Positions 1-11,807 of a stretch of DNA of 41,749 nt are shown piece after piece. Under the pieces are notes generated by a model. That model worked only from the letters and a program-made list of their open reading frames with translations, did no database searches and was not told the DNA's origin. Origin of the DNA: Proteromonas lacertae (lineage: Eukaryota); assembly GCA_002245135.1 (NCBI GenBank), contig NGBS01000336.1:1-41749 (forward strand), given 5' to 3'. Positions within the stretch are counted from its first letter, which is position 1, and each line of letters begins with the position of its first letter. A program made the translations under genes and the position numbers.

Positions 1-3000
1 ATCCAACCTAGATTTATAATTATTATTCACCTTTTCAAATTATTTATTTTCCATTCGAGTATTTCAATATCATTTTTGACTATATTTAGGTTAATTTTGT
101 TTATTCTCATTATATAATCTATATCACTCCATAAAATACACCCTGTGAATATCAAGTACTTTGGAACATAAAATATATCGAATAAATATTTATTTTTCTC
201 TAAATATTGGTTAATATAATTCAACTTTTCATTCAATTCTTTCTTCAATAATATTTCATTATTCACATTATAATTACAGTATCTATTATTTTCTCTTGTA
301 TTATTTGGTAATTTATTTCTGTTGTATTGGTATTTTTCTGATTCTCTATTATTTTTGTAATACTGAATCTGTTTTTCAACATCCATAATTGCTTTTCAAT
401 ATTATTGAGATTTTCATATCTCCTTATATAATTAATACTTTTTAAACTTCCATCTACATAAATTAATATTTTAGGAATTCTAATTGCTTTAAATAAACCA
501 TCATTCTTACTAAATTCATTAAAAATAATTTTTCTATTACAATTAAACATAATATATATATATATATACAATCTTCTTTCTAAATCATTTAGTTTTCTTT
601 CTTCTTCGCTTTTTAAAAATATAATGTATTTCTATTGAAATATATATATATTGTAAAAATACTTCATAATCCTTTATATCATTTTGTAGAGCCAATAACA
701 TTTCATGAGATTTACATCTTTTAGCTTGATCAATATGTATTTTTATAGATGATATACCATTAAAATAAGTATATTGTTTCATATATTCCTCCAATTTTTT
801 AATACACTCATTAATTTCAACTTCATATTTTAATTCTAATTTTATTTTCTATTGTAGCAGATAAATGATTTAAAATACATTGAGTTGTTTTTCAATTTTA
901 TGTGTATCTTTCAACTTTCGAATTAGTTCTTCATTTGGACTAGCTCTTTTGATTGAAGATTCGTTTTTATGCTTATAAAAATGAATTTGATTCTCAACAT
1001 CAACAACAGCTTTTTCTATATCACATAATTTATATCTATTTATTATATTTGAAAAAAGGTTGAAGATTGTGTTAGTAATTAACAACATTTGAGGAATTTT
1101 TATTACATTAAATAAATCTCTATTCTTACTTAATTCATTTTCAATTATTTTACTATTGCAATTATACATAATATATATACAATCTTCTTTCTAAATCATT
1201 GTTTCTATTGACAAATTGTGAGATTTGAATTAACACACCTTCACAAGACTGTTTTTTCTTTTCTAATTCATTTATCTCATCATCTTTTAACTGCCAATCA
1301 GATAAGAGGTTATTTTTATTATCTAACAAATTTCTTGGAATTACTACTTGTTGTTTTAATACATAATAACTGTTGAAATATAGACTAATCTTCTTTCTAT
1401 AACATTTAAATAAATAAATACAAATAATACAAATGATCTGTAATAATGTCTATTAATTGCTTTTTCATCTCTTTTTGTTTTAATTGATTTTCATTTATCT
1501 CTTTATAAATCTTAATTACATCGTTATTCATTTGTTCATATTCCTGTAAAGGATATAAATTTGAATTGGAGTTAATTATTGTCTTAATTTTATTTAAAAC
1601 TGGATAGATTCTGTATTTATTTTCATCAATTTTGTACAATATAGATTTGATATTATTTGTCAATTCTGTTTTTTTATTTTGATAATCACTCACATAATTA
1701 TCTATATCATTTCTACATCTATCCAATATATCAATAAATTTGTTGTAATTGTCAATATTCATGGTAGTAGCATCAATTTCTATCAGCAGATTATTAAGGT
1801 TATTCACTTTAGGATAATGAGGATATTCTTTTACACATACTTTGAGATAATGTATTATTTTGTTTATTGAATGAATTTGATATTCAGTCAATTCTGGTTT
1901 TCTTTTCATATTGTTAGCTGAGATAGTCATTTCACTTATGATATTTTCATATTCATTTATTGGATATTTTTTAATTCCATATATCATCATCTCTTCAGCT
2001 TTTTGTATCATATCTCTGTATAATAACTGTATTGTTTGTTTATCTGCAATTCTTTAAATTTCATCAATAATTCTTTTAGCTTATCTATCTTTTCTTTCTG
2101 TTTTAAATCATAATCCTCAATAAATTTCTATCAATAATAATAAACAAAATATTATACTTCATATCTCACTATTCTCTTTAATAATTTCTTATATTGATTA
2201 TCATACTCATTCTCATTTAATGGGACTATTTTAATTCGGTTGATTAATTCCCTTACTAATCCGACATAAGGATAAAATGGATAATTATTCACATACATTT
2301 CTAATTTACTTATTAAAGATTGTATTTCAGAATAACTATGTGATATTCTTACATTTGAAGAATATTGTTGTTGATTATTCGGCTGAAGAGAAACTTTTCT
2401 ATTTAGTATTCTGCTTTTGCTTTATTACTACAAATAGAATTAATAATACTAATATATATACTTCATTATTTCTATTGATTCTACATTAGGTATATTTTGG
2501 TTGGTTAATACTGGTGGTGATGTATTCTTTCTTCTAGATTTGATTCTATATTCTTTTAATCTATCATCTATCTCCTTTTCATAACTATCCAACTCTTCTG
2601 TTGTAATATGAGAATTCCTTGAAAGTTTTATTTTCAATTCATTTAAATAACTCCTAAAATTATATTTATATTGTATTGAATTATCTTTTCTTATCTCAAT
2701 CAATAAATCATCTCTATTAATCATAGATATCTACTTATACATTCTTTTTTCCAAATCCATCTTCTTTTTTGTTGATTTTGATATTGAAAAATAGGAGTGA
2801 CTTAAAGCATTTATTGGTATTTCTTCTTTTCTATTAGTTTTTATAATTGTTGAAGCAGATAGATTAATTTGTATGCTTTGGTTATTTTTATCGTTCTTTT
2901 TGTAGGAATTATCATTTTCTTCTAAATCATTCAATATTTGTTGAAGTTGAGCAAATCTAACAACTGGATTGTTTTGTTTATTTGCTTCTTCCATTTTTCT

Positions 3001-5621
3001 TTTTATTTCTTTCATTTTAGGAGAATATGGATTTTTCTTCATATAATCATCTAATTGCTTCAATACTTTATTAATTCCTTCTTCTATATTATTATCTCTA
3101 TTTGAAGATTTTGGTGGTGATTCATTTATCATATTTCTACTATTTTTGTGAATTGTTAATTGACTAATTATATCTTTATATTCTTGTAATGAATGATAAT
3201 TTTCATCATTTATTAGTCTTATTATTCGATTCATATCATCAGAATTCAGTCTGTTCTTATTACCATCTCCACATATCATTTCTGTTATTCTTTTTATACA
3301 ATCATTTCTTTGGTTGTTATAATCACTGATATATATCTATCATTATTAAAAATAACAAATTATACTTTAAAATTCTCCAATCTTGAAGAAAGTTTGTCGA
3401 ATTGAGTATTATATTCAATTGATGATAAAGGTAATGCTTTTATCTTTTCAATTTGTTTTTTAATCATTCTGATGTTTGGATATTCAGGAAATTGGTTTAT
3501 ACAAGATTCTAATTCTTTAATCAAATTATCAATCTCTTCTTGATGATGTTGAGGCATTGGGAGTGGTCTAAATCAAATAACAACAATAAATAGAATATTA
3601 TACGATGGATCAATATTTTTCACTGGAGAACTATTTTTTCTTTTATTCAAAATAATATTGTTATCTAAAACAGGAATTGGAACAGGGTTATTTGAATTAG
3701 AAGGTGATGGAGTAGAATTATATCCACCCGTTTTATGTCTTCCTCTTAAAATATTCATACTACAAAAGAAAAATATTAATTCATACTTTCTCATCTCATC
3801 TTCAACAATACTTAATTTTTCTTTAATCTTTTCAATATATATATTCTTCATTTTATTCTCTCTATTGATGTCTTTTAAATATGCAGATACTTTACTCTCT
3901 TTTTTGTACTTGTTTCTAAATACTTCACTTATTAAGTTTAGCTTTTTTATCAGTATTCTCTTATACAAATCTTCAATTTCATCATAATTGTTATTATCAA
4001 CTAATTTCTTTGATTTTACTCTCTTTAATACTTCACTTATTTCATTCTTATTCTCATCTGTATTTATAATTGTATTATCTTCTAATAAATGTTGTAGATA
4101 ATAACTAATAATAATAATAATAATAATAATATGATTATCTTTATATATACCATTCTCCTTCTATTTCATTTCTTAATGAAGCACATTTTTGAACTATTGA
4201 TTCATTTTTACATATTCTTTTGATTGTATCATATATTTTACTAATTCGTTCTTTTACATTCCATGTGTTATTACATTTGTCATTATTTAATCTGGAAGAA
4301 GATTCTATTTGATGGATTATTATTTTCTTTTCATTATATGAATATCTCCATTTTCCACTTTGAATTAATCCATAATAACTATTACCTAAACTCATACATT
4401 CATCCATGTTTATTGTTCGATTTAAATTTATATCATTATCTAACTCACTCTTTACATAATTTTCTATCTCTTTTGAATTAAAGGAATTCTTAAACTTCCT
4501 CCTATTATCACTATCTCTAATTTCTTATTATCTTCTTCTTCTATTAAACCACTATTTACAATACTGTCTTTTATTATATCAATCACTTTGGTATTTATTC
4601 CATTATTTTTCAATATTTCATTTAATTCATTTACACTGTAATCACTTTCATAATCATTATCACCATCATCAATACTTATATGAATTGTATCAGCTCCACT
4701 TGCACTTAACTTCTCTTTCATCTTTATTATCTCTTCTTTCACTTTCACATATAATTTTTCACTTATATTATCTATATTCATACCCATTTTTCCAATCAAA
4801 GCATTTACTAATAAATTATCGATATATCGACCTCCAATCTTATCATTGTTATAACTGTGACTTAATATCTCACATTCATCTTTCTTGTATTTTACTATTG
4901 TACTACTACAGTTTATATAACCCATATCTAATAATAAAACAATTCTCTCTTCATTTTCATTCAATTTATTGTTGTTTTCATATCCAAAACATAAACTCGC
5001 ACTTAAATATTCAGGAATATTCTTTAGAACTTTCATTTCACATACTTTATATAATTCATTTATATATTCGATTTGTTTTTCATTGTAATAACATGGATGA
5101 CATATTATTACTTCATTTCCTTCTTTCATCATTGTTTCTTTCAAATATTTCATTAACAATACAAATAATGTATCACATGCAAAATATCCATCACTACAGT
5201 TTAAATCATTAAATTTCAATTTAGGCAACTAAATAAATAGATAAATAAAGAAGAAAAAATACTTTAAAACATAAACCATTTTTATCTATTTTTACTTCAC
5301 TTGGATAGAATTTATAATTCTCAGTTTGGATATTCAAACCATCAACAATGTATTTACCAAGATATTCTTTCAATTCACAAGCTGAATTGTTATATAAGCG
5401 AATTAACTAAAAATATCAAACATATATATACATTTGTTTTGGCAGCTCTTCCATAATAGAGTTTTATTCCATCTGTAACTAATCCAACACTATAAATAAC
5501 AACTGTAAAAATACAATGTTAATCTCTCACTATATGCATTTTCTTTTATCTGACAATTAATTCCATTATACTCTGATATTACACAATTCCTTCCTCCAAA
5601 ATCTACTCCATAAAAACTCAT
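1..5621 (-). CDS. Large multi-exon Hsp110-derived protein (copy B): degenerate Hsp70-family NBD, no SBD-beta, long tail of helical repeats. It runs off the left edge and has about 3 apparent 1-nt deletions (assembly errors or pseudogene).
   Basis: ATG at 5621 gives MSFYGVDFGGRNC. Further motifs are ICHPCYY, LLDMGY, IGGRYID, KEKLSA, IIGGSLRIP and LNRTINMDE. ORF pieces 4464-5228, 4141-4407, 3573-3968, 3360-3557, 2731-3279, 2449-2724, 1406-2011, 870-1169, 585-794, 263-571 and 27-386 can be joined through ~25-45 nt GT..AG introns. Frame breaks fall in A-runs at 4471-4474, ~2421 and 393-396. The TGA at 27-29 lies in a probable intron (GTGAAT...CTAG). Confidence 0.7.
4348..5165. repeat. Near-identical direct repeat, copy 1 (Hsp110-like NBD core)
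   Basis: Matches 8259-9077. By eye the differences are 3 substitutions (4554, 4849, 5027) and one 1-nt indel (4471-4474). Confidence 0.95.
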
Positions 5622-5827
5622 CTGTGATTCTATATGAAAAAAAATAGCTAAAAATTTGTAAAATGTATACTCTATATTAAAAATAATATTTTAAATCCTT
5701 ATAAAATGGTTTATTCCCTTTTAGATTTAAATCTAAATTCAAACTTATTTGTTAAGAGTTTGATTTTGGTTTGATATTTCATTTTGAAAAAAAACAAAAT
5801 AAAAAGCAATTAAATGTTAATATAATC

Positions 5828-8800
5828 TTATGGATGAGGTAAAAGAGAAGTAATATATGAAGCTCTTCTTCCTGAGTTATAATCTACTTCAGCAAGCAAT
5901 TTGTTAATTTGCACTTCATTTGTTTCAAATTCTTCATCATCACTCTACATTTAATATAAATATCAAATATACATCATCTTGTTCATGCTCAATTTTCAAT
6001 ATTTCTGGAGGAACAGTTTGCATATATGGAGATAAGTTGTTATTAGTGAATGATGGACTTTTTCTATTACTACTATTGTAATAATAACATGTAAATATCA
6101 TTATACGAAGTATTACTAATTGGCTGTTTTTCAAATGATGTAGATATATTACTTTTATCATCATTCTCATGCTAAGAGTATAAAATAACAATAAATAAAA
6201 TATATACAGTTCGAATGTATAAGAATTCTCTCAACCTTTCAAATTGTCTATCAGTCTATTTTAACAATAAAAGAAAAGCAAAATACTGGGCTTGAAGATC
6301 TAAATACTGGACGTTCCTTTTTACTTGGTGTTATTGATCTTTGACTCTTTGGAGCACTGTTACTTCTCTTTGTACCTCTATTAGAAAAAAATAAAGATAA
6401 ATAAAGATAAAATATATTTATACTGAGATGGTCTAAACATTTGAGGAGTTTGTGTATTACTATTACTTGATAATAAAGTATTGTTATAACTGTTATTCTA
6501 TATAAATAAATAATAATATTATACAAGTGATGATCTATTGGATCCTGATCTTTTGAATGATTTCTCTTCACTTGATGGTGAATATGACAATGATGATCTT
6601 GTTGATCTATATGGCGGTTGAATAGAATCATTAAAATCAATTAAACTATCAGCAACAACAGGAGTTCTAAAAATATATAAACAACAATAATATATACAAT
6701 TGTTTTGGTGAAATAGATGGTCTTGCAGTTGGTGAATATCTAACTTGAGTTGGTGGTGGTGGTGATACTTTCTTTTCTTTGAAATTGTCAGATAATCTTT
6801 GGTTTATCCTTGAAGTATTTCTCATTCCTATTAGTTCTTTTATAACTTTATCGTAAGTATCTATTGGATAATGAGTAACATCTGGTTTGATCATTTGAAC
6901 AATTTTTTGATATAAATAATCTGAAGAAATCATATAATACATTTCGTTTAATAATGATTGAAGTTGACTAACTTTACCACTTCTTATCTTTAAATATTCC
7001 ATAATATAATTCTAATAAATAATAAATTCATATTTAAATACTCTAAATGCTAATATTTCTTGATGAAGTGTATTATATATTCTATCATAACTTCTTTCAT
7101 CGATTGTTTCTCTAGTTATTTCATTGATTAATCCATGTATTTCATTAATAGCAATATAATGTGGATAATCTGATGCATAATGAGATAATTCCATTAATAA
7201 TGAATTAATATCCGTTAATGAATGATGCATTGCAGTAATTGGTGTATTTATATTGTAATATGGACGTTTTACTTCATTTGTGTATTTGCCAATATAAACA
7301 CTTGGTTTAGTTTGATATGCTTTTGCAGAATTATTTTGTCTTTGTAATGGTGATCTGTTACTTCTTCTTGGTTGAATATTCTTACCTTTCTCAACATATG
7401 TTTGAAGATATTGTTGTTGTTGTTGTTGTTGAGGTGATGATGTATTTCTAATAACTTGTATTGTTTGTTTTGGTGGAGTATACCCTGTTCTAATATATGG
7501 AGCAATTGGATCAGCTGGTCTATTTTGTCTTGTCGGTCTGACAATCTTTACTGGAGATGATTTTCTAACATTTGCAACTTGTTGAATTGGTTGTGATTGT
7601 TGTAGAGGTGGTTGAATAGGTTGAGGTGTAACAGTTGGAGTAGGAATAGGAGTAGGAGTATTCTCTCTAATGATAGTTTAAAATAGAAATAATAATATAC
7701 TTATTTGGTTCTTTTCCAAGTAATGCATCATGAAATCCGCCAATCTTTTTCATATCTTCTTCTCCTAAATCTTTACTATCAATCACTTCGCTGATTAATC
7801 CAGCTAAAGATTCATTCTTCTCTTTTTTATCTTCCATTTCTTTCTTTGCAAATTCATTCTGTTGTTTTACATATCTATAGAAAAATATAAATAGCAAAAT
7901 ACTTATCCTTTCTTCTATGGATTTCTTTATCTAACTCATCAAGTTGATCATAATTGTATTTATCCACATAGGAATCATTCGTTATTATTTTCAAAGTATT
8001 ATCTAAATAATCCTTAAACGATTTTCTAATTTCGTTATCTTTATTATCTTCTATCAAATGTTGGTAGGAGTATATGGTAGATTCAATATCATTCAACTTT
8101 GATGAACATTGAGCAACATTCTTTTGATTAGTTTGAATAATATCTAATGATTCTTTTATCTTCTTGATTCTATTATTGGTATTTAAACAATCGCCTGATT
8201 CTTCAGTTTCTCCATTTATATTGTGAATCACAGGTTCAGTTCCTTTTATTGCATAAAACCATTTTCCACTTTGAATTAATCCATAATAACTATTACCTAA
8301 ACTCATACATTCATCCATGTTTATTGTTCGATTTAAATTTATATCATTATCTAACTCACTCTTTACATAATTTTCTATCTCTTTTTGAATTAAAGGAATT
8401 CTTAAACTTCCTCCTATTATCACTATCTCTAATTTCTTATTATCTTCTTCTTCTATTAAACCACTGTTTACAATACTGTCTTTTATTATATCAATCACTT
8501 TGGTATTTATTCCATTATTTTTCAATATTTCATTTAATTCATTTACACTGTAATCACTTTCATAATCATTATCACCATCATCAATACTTATATGAATTGT
8601 ATCAGCTCCACTTGCACTTAACTTCTCTTTCATCTTTATTATCTCTTCTTTCACTTTCACATATAATTTTTCACTTATATTATCTATATTCATACCCATT
8701 TTTCCAATCAAAGCATTTACTAATAAATTATCGATATATCGACCTCCAATCTTATCATTGCTATAACTGTGACTTAATATCTCACATTCATCTTTCTTGT

Positions 8801-9546
8801 ATTTTACTATTGTACTACTACAGTTTATATAACCCATATCTAATAATAAAACAATTCTCTCTTCATTTTCATTCAATTTATTGTTGTTTTCATATCCAAA
8901 ACATAAACTCGCACTTAAATATTCAGGAATATTCTTTAAAACTTTCATTTCACATACTTTATATAATTCATTTATATATTCGATTTGTTTTTCATTGTAA
9001 TAACATGGATGACATATTATTACTTCATTTCCTTCTTTCATCATTGTTTCTTTCAAATATTTCATTAACAATACAAACAGTAACTCTATACAACAATATC
9101 CTTCTGAACAATTATTATCACATTTACTGCATCCCATCTATTCATTATAATTTGATATAATACATTGAAGCAAAGAGCATGATCTTCTATTCTTGCAACA
9201 GTTGGTTTATATTTCCAATTTTCATCATAAACTACATTATCATGAATAAAATATTTTCCAATATATTCTTTCAACTCATTTACATAATGTTCTGCTAGTT
9301 TAGTACTCTATATATAAAAAGTAGCAACTATACTTGAAGTTCTGCTTGATATCCAAATTCAAATGATTTTTTGTTATAAGCAACACAAGACCTAATTCAT
9401 AAAGAGCAAAATTAATACGGAGTTGAATGTTGACTAAAAGAATTATCAGCAATTCTACATGACTCATCACTAATTGTAGATATTGTAGTTTTCTTTGCTC
9501 CAAAATCCACTCCATAAAACTGTGTAGGCTTTTGATCTGATGACAT
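5828..9546 (-). CDS. Multi-exon Hsp110-derived protein (copy A): degenerate NBD, short helical segment, then a Pro/Ser/Gln-rich tail with one helical repeat pair
   Basis: ATG at 9546 gives MSSDQKPTQFYGVDFGAKKT. It has the same NBD motifs as copy B in ORF 7875-9137, followed by KLNDIESTIY. Spliced exons continue to ...SYITSLLPHP* (TAA at 5828-5830). Confidence 0.75.
8259..9077. repeat. Near-identical direct repeat, copy 2 (Hsp110-like NBD core)
   Basis: Matches 4348-5165 at an offset of 3911-3912 nt. The flanks on both sides are diverged. Confidence 0.95.
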
Positions 9547-9601
9547 CCGTTATATTTTCAAAACAGATTCCAAACCAACATCAAACCTATTAACATTTCA
9601 A

Positions 9602-10651
9602 ATGAGTTTATTTCTAATAGCATTGCTTTGTTCTTTTGTTATAGCAAATGAAGATTTATATTGTGGTGAGAAAAATTGTTATGACCTATTAGAATTGGAA
9701 AGAGATGCTACTTTGAAAGGTATTTTTTGATTTAGTTATTTTTAGAAATAAAAAAGTCATATAGGAAATTATCATTGAAGTGGCATCCTGATAAAAATAA
9801 AAGTCCAGATGCTTCTGATATGTTTATCAAAGTAGCTCAAGCCTATGAAGTTCTATCAGGTATTTGAATTTGTTTAATTCTTGTAGATGAAAATGAAAGG
9901 CGTGATTATGATTATTATCTTGATCATCCAGAAAATTTCGCTTATAACCAGTTTCGTTTCTATAGATATAGATATGCTCCAAAAACTGATTTACGTATTG
10001 TTATATCCGTTTTTGTTGTGTTAACTACCAGCATTCAATGGTGGATGCAACATAAACGATATAATCAAGCAAGAGGTTATTTAAAATCCCATAAAGAAGT
10101 AAGATTAAGAGCAGACAAACTATTTTACAAGACTGAACCAGAATTATACAATAGAATATGCTATAAAAAGACAAAATCTGAAAAAATTCAATTTGAACAA
10201 AAAATAGAAGATTATATCGAGAAAGTTCTAGACACAACAACAGTAGAAGGAGGGTATGGCAAACCAGATTGGCATTATTTATATCCAATTCTTATCTGCA
10301 AAATACCATACAATCTGTATTTATATATAAAATGGTTAATACACTGGTATATTGATTATAATATCAAAAAGTTACCTTATAATGAAGAAGATGAAATATA
10401 TTTAACAAGAATAGCAATGAATGTATCTGAATCACAATGGAATTGTATTGAACAGGATAAGCAAGAAGAATATATATCAAAGTATGATAATTATATCAAA
10501 TATCTTTAATAGAAAGTTATGGATTGTAGAGAATTTAGAAAAGTTTAAGAAGCAAAGTCAAGAAGAGTTTAAAACACAACATGGTAATAAATACAAGCAA
10601 TATGTGAGAATGATGAAAAAATATAAACCTGAGAATATTCAAATGGATTAA
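9602..10651 (+). CDS. DNAJC25: DnaJ homolog, DNAJC25-like (signal peptide, J-domain, TM segments)
   Basis: Begins [32 protein letters not shown], with J-domain [17 protein letters not shown] and then [22 protein letters not shown] and [12 protein letters not shown]. It has three short introns and ends [18 protein letters not shown]. Confidence 0.85.
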
Positions 10652-10776
10652 GTAGTAAAATATTATCATTTTTCATTATTTATAAATGTTATATTCTATG
10701 TTTTTTAATTGTACAATATTTATATACAATGTTTTTAACGAAAATTTAACCACTAATTTGTCTGAGTGGAACAAGT

Positions 10777-10864
10777 GCAGGATTGAACCCAGGCAGGTGC
10801 CGAGTGCGGGCTTCAAACCCGTAGGGGATTAACGTCCCAGCGGTTCGATTCCGCCTATCCTGCG
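10777..10864 (+). tRNA. tRNA-Sec (anticodon TCA)
   Basis: 9-bp acceptor stem GCAGGATTG/CTATCCTGC with one mismatch, and G discriminator. D-loop AGGT. 6-bp anticodon stem TGCGGG/CCCGTA around CT-TCA-AA. Long variable arm GGGA..TCCC. 4-bp T-stem GCGG-TTCGATT-CCGC. This is the eukaryotic 9/4 tRNA-Sec fold. Confidence 0.93.
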
Positions 10865-10868
10865 ATAC

Positions 10869-10873
10869 TTTTT
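10869..10873 (+). terminator. Probable RNA polymerase III T-run terminator for tRNA-Sec
   Basis: TTTTT begins 5 nt after the discriminator base. Confidence 0.55.
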
Positions 10874-11077
10874 GAATGATTGTATTGAAATTTTTAACAA
10901 CCTTTTTTTTATTTTTTTAGTGAATCTTTTAATTTAGAAAATATTGTGTGTTTTTATACAATAAACACAAACAATTCATCTTTTCATATAACAATATGTA
11001 ATTTTTATAATTCTATACCAGATCATGTCTAATAATAGAAAATCAATAAAATTTGATTAAATAAATATATTTACGGT

Positions 11078-11690
11078 TTAGATTCTAATGCCATTTATTT
11101 CTAACCCACCAGCAGCACTGCCGTCAACCTTATGAGACAACATTAAACTCTTAAACTCAGCAAAATCATTAAATGATGCAAACATATCAATTAAATCTGG
11201 AGAAACTTCTTCTACAATGAATTAAAATGAAAAAATATACCTGATTTATCGATGATCATCTTTCCTACTGCTTCTAATGATACATCCTATTCAATAAACT
11301 CATAAATAATATACTGGGAAACGTTTTCGAAGAGCATCGTCAAGATACTTTTCTATAATGATAAAGTAAGACAAATCTATCTAATACCTATAACTGATTG
11401 ATATTGAGAGAAAATTGTCATATATTCATGCTTATTTTCTTCCGTATCTTCAAATACAGCTAGTAAATAGTGAAAGAAGTGATTATACCACAATTTGAAG
11501 AGCAGAAGTTATCCATTATATCTTGGAATGTTGGTTCCATCAATATGTCTTCCAATGATCCAATAATTTGATCGAATATATTCAACTAAGAAAAATTAGT
11601 AATCATTTGGTTTAATAATACATCTTCATCATTTCCATTATCATTAGCAAATACTTCATCACCATCAAATAAAGTTTCATCCACTGACAT
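11078..11690 (-). CDS. ARL2BP: ARL2-binding protein (BART domain)
   Basis: Absent from the ORF track. Six spliced exons give MSVDETLFDG...FDQIIGSLEDILMEPTFQDIMDNFCSSNC-AVFEDTEENKHEYMTIFSQY...EKYLDDAL...DMFASFNDFAEFKSLMLSHK...GIRI*. FEDTEENKxEY and DFxEFKxLML are BART-family motifs. Confidence 0.82.
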
Positions 11691-11807
11691 ATTTAATAAT
11701 GATGATTATTAATAATCAAATAAGATTTGAATTTCAAAATTAAAACGATAATTTTCTAAGGTTATCCAAAATTTTCAATCACCCAGAGTGTATTTTGAAG
11801 AGAATAT

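Noticed and set aside
393..4474. Calling Hsp110-like copy B a pseudogene because of frame breaks at 4471-4474, ~2421 and 393-396
   Set aside because: All three are single-base losses in A-runs with no other nonsense changes seen, and similar indels hit conserved ARPC4 and ABCB. Assembly error is at least as likely, and reads are needed to decide.
4348..9077. The 820-bp direct repeats as LTRs or a transposon
   Set aside because: The repeats are in-frame Hsp110-like coding sequence. I saw no target-site duplication and no transposase or reverse transcriptase between them.
8249..9160. Long antisense ORFs (8249-9160, 4685-5212, 15326-15772, 3658-3987 and similar)
   Set aside because: They are shadows of real genes on the opposite strand, have biased L/H/Y/F/S composition and show no motifs.
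9546..9602. Hsp110-like gene and DnaJ gene as a functional co-regulated chaperone pair
   Set aside because: Head-to-head spacing this tight is common throughout the window. The J-protein has a signal peptide while the Hsp110-like protein does not.
10777..10864. Opal suppressor or Trp-recoding tRNA
   Set aside because: The 9/4 fold, long variable arm and G discriminator match tRNA-Sec, and TGA is used as a normal stop at 17060, 21320 and 23855.
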